From Octopus bimaculoides (lineage: Eukaryota), in NCBI RefSeq assembly GCF_001194135.2, contig NC_068989.1, positions 37,265,933 to 37,320,424 on the forward strand: a DNA stretch of 54,492 bases, given 5' to 3'. The position numbers and the translations under genes are program-made. The notes under the pieces are model-generated. The model was given only the letters and a program-made list of their open reading frames with translations. It was not told the origin of the DNA and did not search any database. Below, one piece after another: positions 36,601 through 49,987 of this stretch. The first letter of the stretch is position 1; every line of letters begins with the position of its first letter.

Positions 36601-38159
36601 CATTATTGATCCAAAGGAGGAGAAAGAGCTTGCTTTACATGATTTATTAGAGGTTTCAATGTAACCCAAATAGCACCTGTTTGTAAGGTAAGCAATTTTC
36701 CTGAGAAATAAAAGGACGAAATGGTCACGACTGGAACTCATCTGATCAGAAGTCTTCTGAATCAGTACTGACATATAACAAAATAACAATAACTAGAAAT
36801 TATGAACTGGTTAGAAACAATTCGGAATTGCTTCGTGTACTCGTGTACTATCTGCACTGTCTTTGAGAAATGGTTTTGAATATCTTGCCAGATAAGGAGG
36901 AAGGTTATAATGATTTGACTCAATCCTATTATAGTATTGATACGTGATTTCTGTTTGATTTTTATTACCAGACATTAGTGGAATAACATATGTGTATTAT
37001 TTTGGGAAAACAAAATCTTATAGACTATGATATGCATGTTCTTTCTTAACACGTTCCAGCAGATTCAAATATATGTTAATCGCTGTTATGTTTCAACTCC
37101 AGAGAACAACTTCTCCCTTCAGATGATGTGTGTTGGCAACTCATTCGATTAAATGATATAGAGATACATTGATACCCTAATGTTTCGACCTCATTGTGTC
37201 TCTCTAGTCAAAGCTATGGTGGAGCCCTCAGTCTGTCGGAAGATGTTAAGAATGAATATGCACATCAATGCCTTGATTCTCACCGTTTTACTTGCTCATA
37301 ATAATTCAATAAATCATAGAATTATTTGGTTTAATTCCTTAGAATAGTTACCTTTTAGGTAAGTAATCAAAGAAGGAACAGCTGTAGAGATTCTTCCAGT
37401 TCTTATTTGGAGAAGAGCTAAATATTTTTTCATGAATTTATACCAAGGCAGAGGCAAAGGCTCAAGCTATTGGACTTTTCACCACATAATTTTCAATTCA
37501 AGCCTCAAATTATTCTGCTGACACCATTCTGCCTCTGCTCTTACCACACAACTAAATTGGTAGCAGTTATTAGAATGATATCAAGCTGCATAAACCATTA
37601 TTTCAAAAGTAATACTAATCTTTTTTCTAAATCTAAAGGATTCGTGGATGCAGGGATTATCTCTGATTTCCTCTGGATAAGATGCCGGTCTATTTCAGCA
37701 TTGTGAGGCACGGAAAGTGCTACTCCAACATGCAGCTGTAAATCAATGTTGATGAGAAGCTTGCTCTATCACGTTAGACAAGGCGCTAAATAGCATTCTC
37801 CTTACCAATGACAATACAAACTAGAAACGGAAACTCTATTAGATCACTTAACGTGCTAGATATTACAGTCAAATATGCCTGAAATCCTACCCCGTAGCTT
37901 TTAAAAAGAAAGGACACATTGAATAAAGTAATTCTAGATACATTATGACTGAACTAAATACTAGATGACATGGGAATTCCCAACTATAGATGGTTATTGT
38001 TGATCATCGAGAGCTTTCTTGGATGGTGAGTGCAAGTTATTGAATACTGGATATATGATACGAACACAATATCTCACCTGGTTCTGTTGAAAGTTTGTTA
38101 ATATAGTTAAAGCATGAAGCATTAAAAATGGAAAATATATAGAGACGGTGAAATAAGGT

Positions 38160-38270
38160 TGGTAGATTAAAACTCTGTGAAATGGAGCTACGTGACAATA
38201 GATGTTTTGCTCGAGAATACAATGCACTGCTCGGTCCGGGAATCGAAACCACGATCTTGTGAGACAGAGT
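38160..38270 (-). mobile_element. tRNA-derived SINE fragment (family 3)
   Basis: GTGGTTTCGATTCCCGGACCG B-box-like head, homologous to 39928-40145. Confidence 0.65.
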
Positions 38271-38879
38271 GAGACAGATAGAGAATGCAAACAGATAAAT
38301 GAGATAGCGTTAAAATATTTCATGTACAGACTATATAGTCACTATATAATAACGGAAAATATAAATGTTGGCTGGTTGGTTGGTTAGATTCTGCAGCTAC
38401 TCTTTACATCGTAATAAGAGAGGGGAAAGAGAAAGTGAAAGAGAGATACACAGAGTTAACAAAAGAGGTACAAGACTAGGGAAGAGAAAGAACCATAGAG
38501 ACAGAGAAGGAGGAGTAAATGACAGTAGTTACGGGAGGAGTTATACAAATGAGAAATTTATTTTATCTAATTATATTTTGAAGTAATAAATATTTTTTTC
38601 CTTCGAATAGTATTCATTTCATTTTGTATAAACACCAGGAAATTTGATAAAAGTTAAATTATAATTATTGTATGTTTATCGTATGCCATATTTTCTGATA
38701 TTACCCATGATAGCAAACATATAATCCCAAAGTTATCCGTCATTTGAATCGTAATACTTTTTATTTATGTATTTATCAACATTTTATCAAGAAGAAAAAA
38801 AAGAAAAGGCATTAAAAGTATAGAAGATCAAATTATCGAAAAAAAAAACAAAAAAAAAATAGCAACTACAAAAAAGATG

Positions 38880-39295
38880 GAGTAGGCTACCATTTCCAGC
38901 TGGAGTCAGCAGGGCTAGATCGAGGGAACGGCAAAAGGTCTGACAGTATTTCCTCGTTCCCTGACGGTAGGCCCCTTATTTGGGATGTCACATGCTGTGA
39001 CACCTTCTCCAGCAGCAGCTTGGTGTGTTCAGCTACCAGCCCATACTCCGTTGCTTGCTAGGCTGGGAAAAGCAAGTATGGGTCGATATTTGACAGGTTT
39101 ATGGTCGAACCTGTGGCAATAGAGACCTTTGGGGTTCTCGGCTCCCTGACCATATCTCTGCTCACCGCTATCCAGGCGGAGATGGGTATCCGTAAGTGTG
39201 AGCCGAGCCCCGTGAGTCAGAGTGGATGTTTCAGTGCATCTCCCTCGTCATCCTCCAGGGAAACGGCTTTTCTGTTTTTTGTGCTGCGACCATGA
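38880..39295 (+). mobile_element. RLE-type non-LTR element (HERO/CRE-like) endonuclease fragment
   Basis: LESAGLDRGNGKRSD...LIWDVTCCDT...VEPVAIETFG...LQGNG. Confidence 0.8.
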
Positions 39296-39498
39296 GGTGT
39301 TCTGAATTACAAGAAATCGAGAGAATGAAAGAATTTTGTAGCTTACTACACCATTCATAGTGTTAATCAAGAACACACACACACACGCGCGAGCGCACGG
39401 AAAACAAAGAGAAAGGTAAAAGAGGGGATGGGGAAATAAGCAGCAGAAGATGGGCGGAGGGAGTAACAGGTTGTGCACCCTAGACCAAAATGGCATGT

Positions 39499-39795
39499 TT
39501 AGCCACGCCTCTCAGACACGATTGCAAAGGTGTTGCCGCAGAGAATGGCCAGCGTCACAAGCTGCAACAGCCACCCCAGCTCACGGGGGCTCATTTCTCA
39601 GACGGCTTGTTGTTTTCCTGATTTTGCGGAAGAAATCAGCAGTGCGGGGCCCGAGGACCACTGAGGTCTCATCGGCGACCGGCACAAACTGATAACGGCC
39701 GGTCAGGCTCCTGTCTTTCTGTATCTTGCTCTTCTCTGTGTTACGGATGGCGATACCCGGGCTTATGGCTGATGCAGCAAGGTTGGACCCGAAGA
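39499..39795 (-). mobile_element. Second RLE-type endonuclease C-terminal fragment
   Basis: AISPGIAIRNTEKSK...RYQFVPVADETSVVLGP...RELGWLLQLVTLAILCGNTFAI. Confidence 0.75.
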
Positions 39796-39927
39796 ATAAT
39801 TGACTTCAAAAAATACACATCATATTCCAGTCGAATTAGCAAACTCTTAGGAACATCGCAAAAATGCTTTGAAATATCCGAACAGCTGTAAACATTTTAA
39901 GTTAAAATGTAACAGAGATCAGAAGGC

Positions 39928-40145
39928 TCGTGGCTTAGTGATTAAGGTGTTAGACTAACGATCATAAAATTGTGGTTTCGATTTCTGGAGCGTACGATGC
40001 TTCGTGTTCTTGAGCAAAATACTTCTTTTCACATTGCTTCAGTCCATTTAACTGGCAAAAATGAATGTTCATACGAGGGGTCAGCGTCCCTCCTACCTGT
40101 CGGGAGAATATACGTCAGGCAATCCGGGAAACCGGCCCCTTAAGA
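39928..40145 (+). mobile_element. tRNA-derived SINE (family 3)
   Basis: TGGCTTAGTGATTAAGG (A box) and GGTTTCGATTTC (B box), followed by a body shared with 52805-53115. Confidence 0.75.
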
Positions 40146-40487
40146 GAAGGAGCTTTATCTTTTTATTCCCTGGAGGTCAACTTTGCATTCATTCTTCCGA
40201 TCTCTTTAAAGCACAATGATTGCGATTAGACTCTTCCCTGAAAATTACATCTCTTGTGTCTGAATGAAAAACATTATTATTTTTAAATTTATTATATTAT
40301 TTTACCAATATATATTCATAGTTTTTAGATTTGAATAATGTGTGTGTGTGTGTGTGTATATGTGTGTAGTATGTTGAATTGATATTTTATAATTTATTCA
40401 AAAGTTCGGTGGCTTAACGCGCAAGTCGGAATAACGACGGTGAGAAATAACAATTTTAATGCTGTTATTATTTGGATGTGCAGAGAC

Positions 40488-40618
40488 CGAGATCTAGCAG
40501 AATTGTTGGTGCGACGAAAAAATGCCTTGCGGCTTTTCTTCCGTCTTTTACATTCTGAGATCAAATGCCACCGACGTCAGCTTCACCTTTCATCATTCCG
40601 TGGTCGATAGACTAGAGT
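40488..40618 (+). mobile_element. SINE family 1, degenerate
   Basis: CGAGATCTAGCAGAATTGTTGG...TTTACATTCTGAGATCAAATGCC. Confidence 0.7.
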
Positions 40619-40831
40619 ACAAAATCTAAATATAAACACAAACACGAACACATCCACCCCAACACACACATTTTAATCGGAAGAATTTTACGAAAGTAAC
40701 TCAAGGGCCAGAAGTTTCACGCATGGCAAATATATGAAATAGTTTAAGTATAGTCTTAAACGAAACTCTTGCACCTCAAGTAAATTTTGTTGTTAAGTCA
40801 TGAATGACTTCCTCCTCACTTGTTTGTTTCG

Positions 40832-41142
40832 CTGCTTCTAATTCATATTTGAAAACCAGCAGATAGTTTTACACCGTTTAACATATAGTCATGGACAAGC
40901 TTTTCAATTTGTCTCCGGTTCGGTTCAGGATCGTGATATTGATGAGCCAAAAACATAGCGAAACATCGATGTCCATCACTCCTGAATGGGACTTGGGGTG
41001 AGTTCTTTTACCTGTATATGACTATGACTTTCAGGTGTTTTAACCCCCAGTGCTTTGAGCGGGTTATCTCCACCGCGTCAAATCGCAACCAGCCGGTGAA
41101 CTAGTAAAGAACATACATCGTATATGTATGTATGTTCGATAA
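40832..41142 (+). mobile_element. Retrozyme-like family B, dispersed monomer
   Basis: Homologous to about 9036-9372 with a short internal deletion; ends in (CA)n. Confidence 0.8.
40924..40986 (+). ncRNA. Type I hammerhead motif (core UUGAUGA)
   Basis: TTCAGGA/TCCTGAA and GTGAT/ATCAC stems; TTGATGA 40939-45; GC...GC stem II; GAAAC 40960-64; palindromic ACATCGATGT; GTC 40971-73. Confidence 0.72.
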
Positions 41143-41330
<188 letters not shown>

Positions 41331-41365
41331 GTAAAGTGTTCTAAACATTTTGATACGGAAACACA

Positions 41366-42305
41366 AGGTGCATTCCAGAAGTTTTAGACTTTTTCAGGAG
41401 AAACATTTAATTTCAAAGAAGTACAAAACTCTAATCTGCTTCAAAGTAGGACCCTGTAAGTTCAATGCACTTGTGCTACTCCAGCATCACGAAGGCTCCC
41501 TGGAAGTTCTCAAAAGTGACGGTATTTAGGACTCTTTTCACAACCTCCTTCATCTTCTCCATGTCTTCAAAATGACCGCCTCTGTTCTCGAACTTAGGGA
41601 ACAACCAAAAGTCACATGGAGCAAAGATGAACTGTAGAGGTGCGAGTGGGGCAGTTTTGATGACCATTTCTATCAAGTTGTTGGTGACCCGGATGTCCAT
41701 CAGTCAGTGCCTTGGGGAGCAAACGTTGCACAAAATTTTGCGCACGTTCAGATATACATGAGTAATTCTAAATATAGTTGCCGCAACAACTCCAAATTGA
41801 ATTCTCATTGTCTTTATAGATATACGACGGTCTGCATCCAGAAAATTTCCCGATGCCCCTTTCTCTCCCACACCTCTCATCGTCTCTCACCTCCTCCCAA
41901 ACCTTCTTGAATCTCTTGTGCCAGCGAAAAACAGATGCTCGGTTCATTCAAATTAATCCATTAGTAGACTGAAGCATTTCAGCAGTTTCTGTAGCGCTTT
42001 TGCTCAGTTTAACACAAAACTTTATTGCAAAGTGAGTTTCTAAATTACCTTCACATTCTACTTCCAATTTGCCTTCACATTCTGCTTCCAAATTGTCTTC
42101 ACATTTTGAAAACTAGTCAGTTGCAACTAGTAGTGTATAGTTGACTGTGTTCAGAGTGCTGGTATAGCCGTCTCCTTGCATTTAGAGCAACAAAGGCTTG
42201 TAGATTTGGTTATTAGATTCATAATAACGATGTACTAAAATTACAATAATCTAAGACAGCTATAACTGCTTCTGAAAAAGTCTAAAAACTTCTGGGTTGC
42301 ATTTC
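41366..42305 (-). mobile_element. mariner remnant with TIRs
   Basis: TGCATTCCAGAAGTTTTAGACTTTTTCAG vs rc TGCAACCCAGAAGTTTTTAGACTTTTTCAG; APCDFWLFPK...FEDMEKMKEVV. Confidence 0.85.
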
Positions 42306-42954
42306 ATACGTAGTAATACACAAAATACCAATTTGTTTTATCGTTATTACTACTACTGTGTACAAATTCACCCCTCACACGTACATATATATGTAAACAC
42401 ACACACAAGTAGGAAAGTCTGATACATATTGACTATGATCTTGAGGGTGGAGTTTCAGTAGAACCACAGACTAACAATTGAAACCAGAAAAAGAGTGAAA
42501 GAGTTACTTCAAAATCACCAAAACAACTACGACCAACACCATAACAAAAAAACAAAAAACAAAACAAAAAAACCAAAAAAAAAAAACAACGTACAAGTAG
42601 TTAAAATACATTAAAAAACTGCAATCAAATAAAAACCAAACAAATAAAAAGTCGTTGATATTGAGAAGGAAATAGAAGAATATTTCGACGTTGTAATTAT
42701 CATGTCTAAAATTAAAGTCTCACTCTGAAGTTGGCATCCTGTTTATGAATGTGTAAGTGTGCGCATGTGTATGTATGTATGTATGTATGTATGTGTGTAT
42801 ATATGTATGTATGTATGTGTAAAGGTGTATATATATGTATGTATATATATATATAAATACATGAGCGTTAAATGTGTAATTTTTTAATGTATTTATGATG
42901 TTTATGTATGCAAGTACGTATATATGTATGTATACTTACATATAAAACATATAC

Positions 42955-43030
<76 letters not shown>

Positions 43031-43345
43031 GCATGTATATGCATGTATATAAATGTGTGTGTGCGCATGTATGAATGTGTAAGTATGTATGCGGTGTATA
43101 TGTGGATGTGTGTATATCTGTTTATTTGTTGTTGCGAGTCATGAAAACTAGTGGCTTGGAAAGACCAATAAAAAAGATAGGAATCAGAGGCTGGTTTTGC
43201 TGGTGGTGGTGAAAGAATGAAGAGAAAGAGAAGAGTTTGAGTGCAAGGGGAGGGTTGAGGGTGCGGGCAACATGGCATGATTAATGGCGTCCATAATATA
43301 TTTCCTATGATTTAACCCATCAGATAATGAGACACCAAATATTAA

Positions 43346-43370
43346 CTACTACTACTAGTACTACTACTAG

Positions 43371-43422
<52 letters not shown>

Positions 43423-43458
43423 TCCTCCACCACCACCACCACCACTACTACTACTACT
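43346..43458. repeat. (ACT)n/(CCA)n microsatellite
   Basis: Direct reading. Confidence 0.9.
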
Positions 43459-44379
43459 TGTACATGTAGTAGTTGTATTAGTAGTAATAGTGGTGAGATT
43501 ATTGTTACTATTGTTGTTTTTGCTGTTGTTAAGGCGACAACCGGACAGAATCATTACCGCGCCGGAAAAAAATGCATAATGGTAGATGAATATAGAATAA
43601 AAATATAACGTCACGCATACGCACACGCATATACATGCTTGTGTAGTACATGTTTACATCATTGAGCACATACACAAACACACACGAAAAACACGCATCC
43701 ACACACGCACGCACACACACGTACACATACACACATAACCTTATCTTCTTCCATAGCCGGAATGAAGACCATGACATCATTCATGAGTTTGTGGACTTCA
43801 ACAGTGTGTTAGGAAGTGGCTGATAAGTCCAAAACGGAAACAAAACATTTTGTTGCAAGTTAAGTAGATGTGGTTTAAACTTGGACATTTACAGTTCTCT
43901 TTCTGTTCAGCTTCTCTTATTTTCATTTCCTCAGACACTGGAACACATTTACTAAGGAGGATAAATTGCTCAGAGGCAAGCTTCTTCTTTAAGATTTATA
44001 CTGAAGTATTTTATGAAGATTTTGCGAGTGTATGAAGATTTGCGAGTGTTCTTTTAGCAATTGCTAACATACGATATAATTGTGTACTAACAATATAGCT
44101 GTACATCGTAAACTTAGTATACAGGACGAAACCTTCCCTCTTATCAGGCCCATTTAAAATGTTACTGGTTTTGTCAGATTGAATTCACTGTAGATGTAGG
44201 TGACTCTCGTGTGGGTGTCGATGACATATTTATGAAGATTCCGAAAGGAGGTTGAAATTGGACCATTCAAGGTTAAAACAAAGAACAGGAATTTGAGAAC
44301 TTTATTTTATGTGGAAATAATAGAAAAGAACGAATAAAAAAAATATATATAATTCTTTGACGTGATGTAATTAAACCTA

Positions 44380-45935
44380 GAAGAAATTCCCTCTCCTTTG
44401 AAGCTAAATCGCCACAGACGAATCGTACGATGTTTCATAGATCTGGAGTTCCTCAAAGTGTTGTAGTGCACAGGAGTTCTGATTGGATTGCACCTTCTCG
44501 AACCATTTCTTTCGCTCACCACTTGGACATGTATAACCTACTCAAAACTTGTACCTGCTTTCAAAAAGAAATTAAGGTGACCATTCCACAGTGGATCCAA
44601 ACCGATTGCTAAATGTACATAGTCCTGTATTCAGTTTCGTATCTTCTAACAGACTCTAGCAGATATAATGAAGATATATGCTGCACTGCTGAAGTTATTG
44701 CAACCGAGTTGAGGCCAGAGGTGTTGAAAGTGCTGTCGAGGCTTCTTCCAAAGTTAGTGGATGGTTTCCAGAACCAGAAGAGAGTTCTGTTTGGTTTTGG
44801 AATCATCATCAAAGAGTCTCTCCATACTCTGGCAAACATGGACTTGGCTAAACTAGAGAGAGTTCCTATTCACTATCTCAACTCAGAACACAGTGTGAGA
44901 TTTATCAACTATGAGTTGAGTCATCGAGGTGCAAAGCAACTCAAGTTAAATCTTCTTCCCAAGTTAAATCCACGTCGGCTGATCTGATTGAACGTCGAGA
45001 GTCTGGAGCAATTAGGCAATATACCAAAATCACCAAACAGGGGGTGAGTGCCTGACGTCAGTAAAGAATAAGATACCGCCAGCAGCAGTTAATGGTAGAG
45101 GGACTGGAGAAGGAAATCGCCAACATTGCAGCGAATAGACGACGAACAACCGACCTGGATATTTTGAAAAATCATGGTGGACTGTTTACTAGCAGCGCTG
45201 ACGTAGATGCCTATCTCATGGCAGATATAATAGATAAAGAAAAGGTCAATAGGCTGTATTTAGAAATCAGATATGCCAGAGACACTGCCCTTTCTGTGCA
45301 AAAACCAGCGATATTTTCCGTCTTAAACAAAATTATCAAAAACTGTCAATGGACCGATATGCAATAAATTTGAAAATTTACTTGGATGATGTGAGTTGCA
45401 AAACAGACGTTAGGCTTACTGATTTCAGTCATGAATTGCATGACTTGATGTGAGGTTCTAAAGCGATAATGGTTGTAAAAGTATTATTGTATCTTATAAA
45501 TTACAGAACTCGGGAAACGTTTTCTTCTTTTGTAAAATTGAATTACTTAATTATTTATTATTAAACTGTTTATTCCACATCAAATTCGTGTTCTATGACC
45601 TCAAAAACATACATAAAGACATATCACATGGCATTCTTGGTAACAGCTACTGATTTCGTTAAACAATTGTGTATTTTGGACGCCATCTTGGATTTCTGCC
45701 ATATTGAAAAATTAAATTACAAAATTAATACTATTTTTGGATTCAGTATATTAAAAAAAGACATGCTAAGCTAAATTTTATATATTTACGTACACTATGG
45801 GGTTTTAAATTGATTAAATTAATATTTATCCCTATTTTGGGGTAGGTGGGTTTCAAACTTCAAGGGGTATGTACAGTGGGGTTGCCAAAATTGAAATTAC
45901 AAACAAAGTTTATCATTGTTTTGTGACCCTAACCA
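44380..45935 (+). mobile_element. Unclassified DNA transposon remnant (transposase C-terminal half plus 3' end)
   Basis: Collinear broken ORFs (LIGLHLLEPFLSLT; LPKLVDGFQNQKRVLFGFG...INYELSHRGAKQL; GGLFTSSADVD...RLYLEIRYARDT), with stops and frameshifts, no introns, and a possible terminus ...GACCCTA. Confidence 0.55.
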
Positions 45936-46464
45936 CAATTTTCAGGAGGCTCTTCAAAAAGAAGCTCGAAAATATTAAAATCACATCCTCCCACTAATTA
46001 TATATACATACAGTATAAGATACACATATATCAGATGTCTTGAATTCGAACCTGGTTTTCACTGCAATAGCTGAGAATTTATTTTAGACGAAATAGCCTA
46101 TTGAAAGCGCAGCACAAAGAACAGAGGAAGTTAAAATGAACGAACATATAAACACGAGAAAGAGGTGCCGCAACATGGTCACAGTCGAATGACTAGATTT
46201 AGTAAAAGAACAAAAGAATTAAAGAACGTCCAACTAATTTTCAGCGTTAAATATCTCCGGTCTGTCATACAGTAGATCTGTGCTTTCATTTATGTTGCTA
46301 AACTAAAACTCGTTGATTGTAAAAGTTTGAGATTTTAATGTTATGATCATGAAATGTGATCTCATCACCATAACTCTAATAATGAACGTGATATAATCAG
46401 AGAAATATGACGTGGAAAAGGAAGTATGTGTGTATAAAAAGAAATTACGTTCTCGCGCTATATA

Positions 46465-46537
<73 letters not shown>

Positions 46538-47039
46538 GTGTGTATGTGTGTGTGCATTTATGTATGTATGCATGTATATAAGCGGAACAATATTAGAATA
46601 TCAAAAAGAAGTAAGTTATGACGTATGTAAGTCTGTCGACAAATGCAAATTACAAATAAAATAAACAAATGCAATAAACAGATACATAAAATTTATAAAA
46701 CACTCGCAATGTGTAAACCGGACTCTGATACAAATGACAATGGATAATGTTAGAATAACATCCCCTGCGTCATTCAGTTGACGTCTCGATTCAGGTAGAA
46801 GTTTCTTTATGTGCCTAAAATTTCCATATTTTAAGTTTTAAAGTATATAGAAAAAGTAAAACCATTACAGTGTTTTATAAATTTCTCTGTCATGTAATAT
46901 TTGGGTTCATAATTTCTGTTATGGAATTCAAGTAGTTACCAGTGAAATGAGAATTCAGACGCACACACACAAACTCATCAACCTGTACCAGCAATCTCCC
47001 TATAGGAATAGTAGGATACCACACCGGTTAACTCCGACA

Positions 47040-48365
47040 GAGACAAAACCGTTGTAAAAGCAGAACTTCCCACATGCCAAAGAACCACGAGTGGATTGCA
47101 CGTCAAAGTTTAATGTTCAAAATATACGCAGCCTGTTTAAAACTATTCTCCCAAGACCTTGTGAAAATAATATCGCAACAGAGCAAGCAGTTAAGCAGTT
47201 AAGCAAATGGGAAGAAGGGAGTTTGGGGATGTGCCAGAGCAATTGTTGATAAACAAAATCGTAATGCTAGTGGTGCAGTAGCATAGGAGGAACCCGGTTT
47301 CAATATTGCTGGTCTATAAGAAAGCTTTGGACTCTGCACATTAATTGACTCCAAATATTGCACGCTTAAACACAAACATGTACAAATACCTTGTTGATGT
47401 TTAAAATTCCAATGAAGGAACTTTGTATCTAGGTTAGAAACTGACTCTTTCCACATTGGTAAGAAATATAGGAATAAAACTAAATAACACACATACAACA
47501 TGACACGTATAGAAGACCATTTAAACTCCAACAGAAAGAAAAAGAATGAGGTGAGGGATAAGACTGAGTATCGTTTGACATCTAAACAACCGTACAAAAA
47601 TTAGAAAGAATAACCTACTGCTCGATTGCAAACTCCTCAAGAAGTATTCACTTACCGATGAGGTCCCATACAACTTCAGAATTGCTGGACGAGCGAACCT
47701 TAATGAAGTCTGGGAAGAGAAACTGTATTAGACAAAAATGTTATCATGGGCATATTTGTCATAAACTTGAGGCTGACGGTAATATTAGCATGAAGTGTAC
47801 GACAGCGAGCTGGCAGAATCGTTAGCACGCCGGGCAATAAATGCTCAGCGGTATTTCGTACTTATTTACATTCCGAGTTCAAATTCCGCCGAGGTCAACT
47901 TTGCTTTTCATCCTTTCCGGGTCGAAAACAAAGTACCAGTCGGGCACTGGGGTCGATGTAATTGACTTACCCCCTCCCCAGAAATTACTAACCTTGTGCC
48001 TAAATTTGAAACCAATATTAATATGAAGTGTAGCCTCTTGGACTCATGACTGTCACATCAAATCACATTTCAATGGTTATACTCTTGGAATCTTAGACTA
48101 GGATATAACTACAAAATATCCAGCGAATAAGTTGTATTGAACTCTTAAACTCTCAAGATGCAACCACAAATGTTGATTATGTCACTCTTATGTGGAAAAC
48201 AACACGTATCATCGACAACTGCCCAAAGATGTTATCAAGTTACTACTACTCATTGCAATATGATGTTGTTAGATCAATGTACAACGTTATCCGCAAAAAA
48301 AAATCTGTCCCGAGATAAGTATAATCAAAACTTCTACTATGGAATACGTTCATATGAACACAAAT
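47040..48365 (+). mobile_element. Highly decayed RLE-type (R4/Dong-like) LINE, interrupted by a SINE
   Basis: GVWGC..EQLLINKIVM and YKKA.DS RT motifs near 47215-47340; Cys-knuckle-like residue pattern near 48170-48300. Confidence 0.55.
47801..48013 (+). mobile_element. SINE family 1, full length
   Basis: GACAGCGAGCTGGCAGAATCGTTAGCACGCCGGGC...CTTGTGCCTAAATTTGAAACC. Confidence 0.9.
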
Positions 48366-48367
48366 AA

Positions 48368-48572
48368 ATATTGGTTTCAATTTTAGTTTTCGGTGGAGGG
48401 GTTAAGTCCATTTTATCGGCTCCGGTACTGAACTGGTACTTATTTTATCGACTCCGAAAGAATGAAAGGTGAAGTTGACCTTGGTGGAATTCGAACACAG
48501 AACGTAAAGATGGACGAAATGCCACTAAACATTTTGCCCGAAATGCTAATGATTCTGCCAGCTCACCGCCTT
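48368..48572 (-). mobile_element. SINE family 1
   Basis: Reverse complement of the same consensus. Confidence 0.88.
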
Positions 48573-49153
48573 AGCACAACAAGGAATATTGATAAAACAT
48601 TCTCATCAAAATTTCTACATACTAACATAACAAGTCCGCTATAGTTATAGAGGTTAGCTACTCTACAGATGTAAGTACCTCTTTCGAAATCAGTGAGAAG
48701 GAGACTATGTATGAACAAGTGCTTCGTAATCAGCTGCTTTTCCACCCTGATTATAAATTCATCCTTATATCGATGATTAATGGTGTAATTGGTTACATTA
48801 GTCTAAGTGACAATGTGAGAAGCTAGGATTTTCAAGCAGTGACCAGCTTAAACTTTCCAGATACAATCCGTAAGTGGAACAGTATGAAAACAAGCAAGAT
48901 CTTTTTAAAGTTAACATGTAACAATTATCATTGTTGCTATTCAAATTCCAGTAATGGAGCATTTCTTTCCTTCTTAGAAACAAGCTCAAATCTTTTAGAA
49001 AAATTCAAATAATTGAAAAGGAAACATATACTCTCACGAGCGCACACACGCTTGCCGCCATAAAAACAACAAAAAAAGTACTCTATCTAGTGAGAGATAA
49101 CTATTATTTTAATACACTATGTATCTCCAAGTTATCTTTTACTTTATACATAC

Positions 49154-49987
49154 TGTTGCGAGATGCCGCCTCCTGATCCAACACAGCTCCAACATCCAAG
49201 TCAGCAGCTGGGTAACCGCAGGCCAACCCAGCAAGCGAACTTGTTGAGAGTGGAAGAAGTGGTCGTACCCGGCTGGATGTCTTGCGTAATGTGGTTCTTC
49301 GTAGCCCGGGTTCACTTCGATTGGTCACGTCGCATCTTTTCCCCGACTGTCTTTGTTGCCAACTTCACACTGACTGTTCATATCGCCACCTCGCACCATG
49401 TGTTCACCCACTAGTTTATATATTCCACCTCCGAGCCGGTTGCTTGATAGGTTCCACAATTTGTCCTTTGCGAATCTTCTGTGCCTCCCGTAAGAAAGTG
49501 GCCGCCACAACCAGCACATGTCTCCACCAGAATTTGTCCCGCCATCACTCCACCCTTCATCTGGTGCTGTCTGTCGGACTGTCGGGAATATGTCCAGCTA
49601 CAGACACTTTTTCCTTCCCTGCTTGCCTCCTTGTGCACACTTCTTCGGACTCCATAGTGAATAATTGGCTCACTGTACAAAAAAAAAAAAAAGAAAAAAA
49701 GAAAATCCCACTTCTGACACCAAATGTTGCGAGATGCGGCCTCCTGACACCAACACAGCGCCAACAACCTAGTCAGCAGCTGAGAAACTGCGGACCACCC
49801 CATAAAGCCAACTTGATTAGGGTGGAAGAAATAGTTGTACCCGGCTGGATGTCTTGCGTTATGTGGTTCTTCATCGCCTGGGTTCATTTCGACTCGTCAC
49901 GTCATATCTTATCTTCCCCCTCTCCTATGCCTTCGTTGTCAACTCGCACCATGTGTTCACCCACTAGTTTATATAGCCCATTTCACA
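49154..49987 (-). mobile_element. Miniature LTR retrotransposon (TRIM-like or deleted Gypsy)
   Basis: Two diverged ~270-bp direct repeats (49154-49428, 49725-49987), each starting TGTTGCGAGA on +. PBS TGGTGTCAGAAGTGGGATT lies 2 nt inside the 5' LTR on the minus strand; internal region about 300 bp. Confidence 0.85.
49704..49722 (-). promoter_or_regulatory. Primer binding site, tRNA-Leu-like
   Basis: Complementary to ...AAUCCCACUUCUGACACCA, which I recall as a tRNA-Leu 3' end. Confidence 0.75.

Noticed and set aside
37340-37760. Minus-strand exon-like segments (LSVPHNAEIDR; LLQIRTGRIST)
   Set aside because: Phases are incompatible. More likely a decayed hAT-type C-terminus, which is itself too weak to list.
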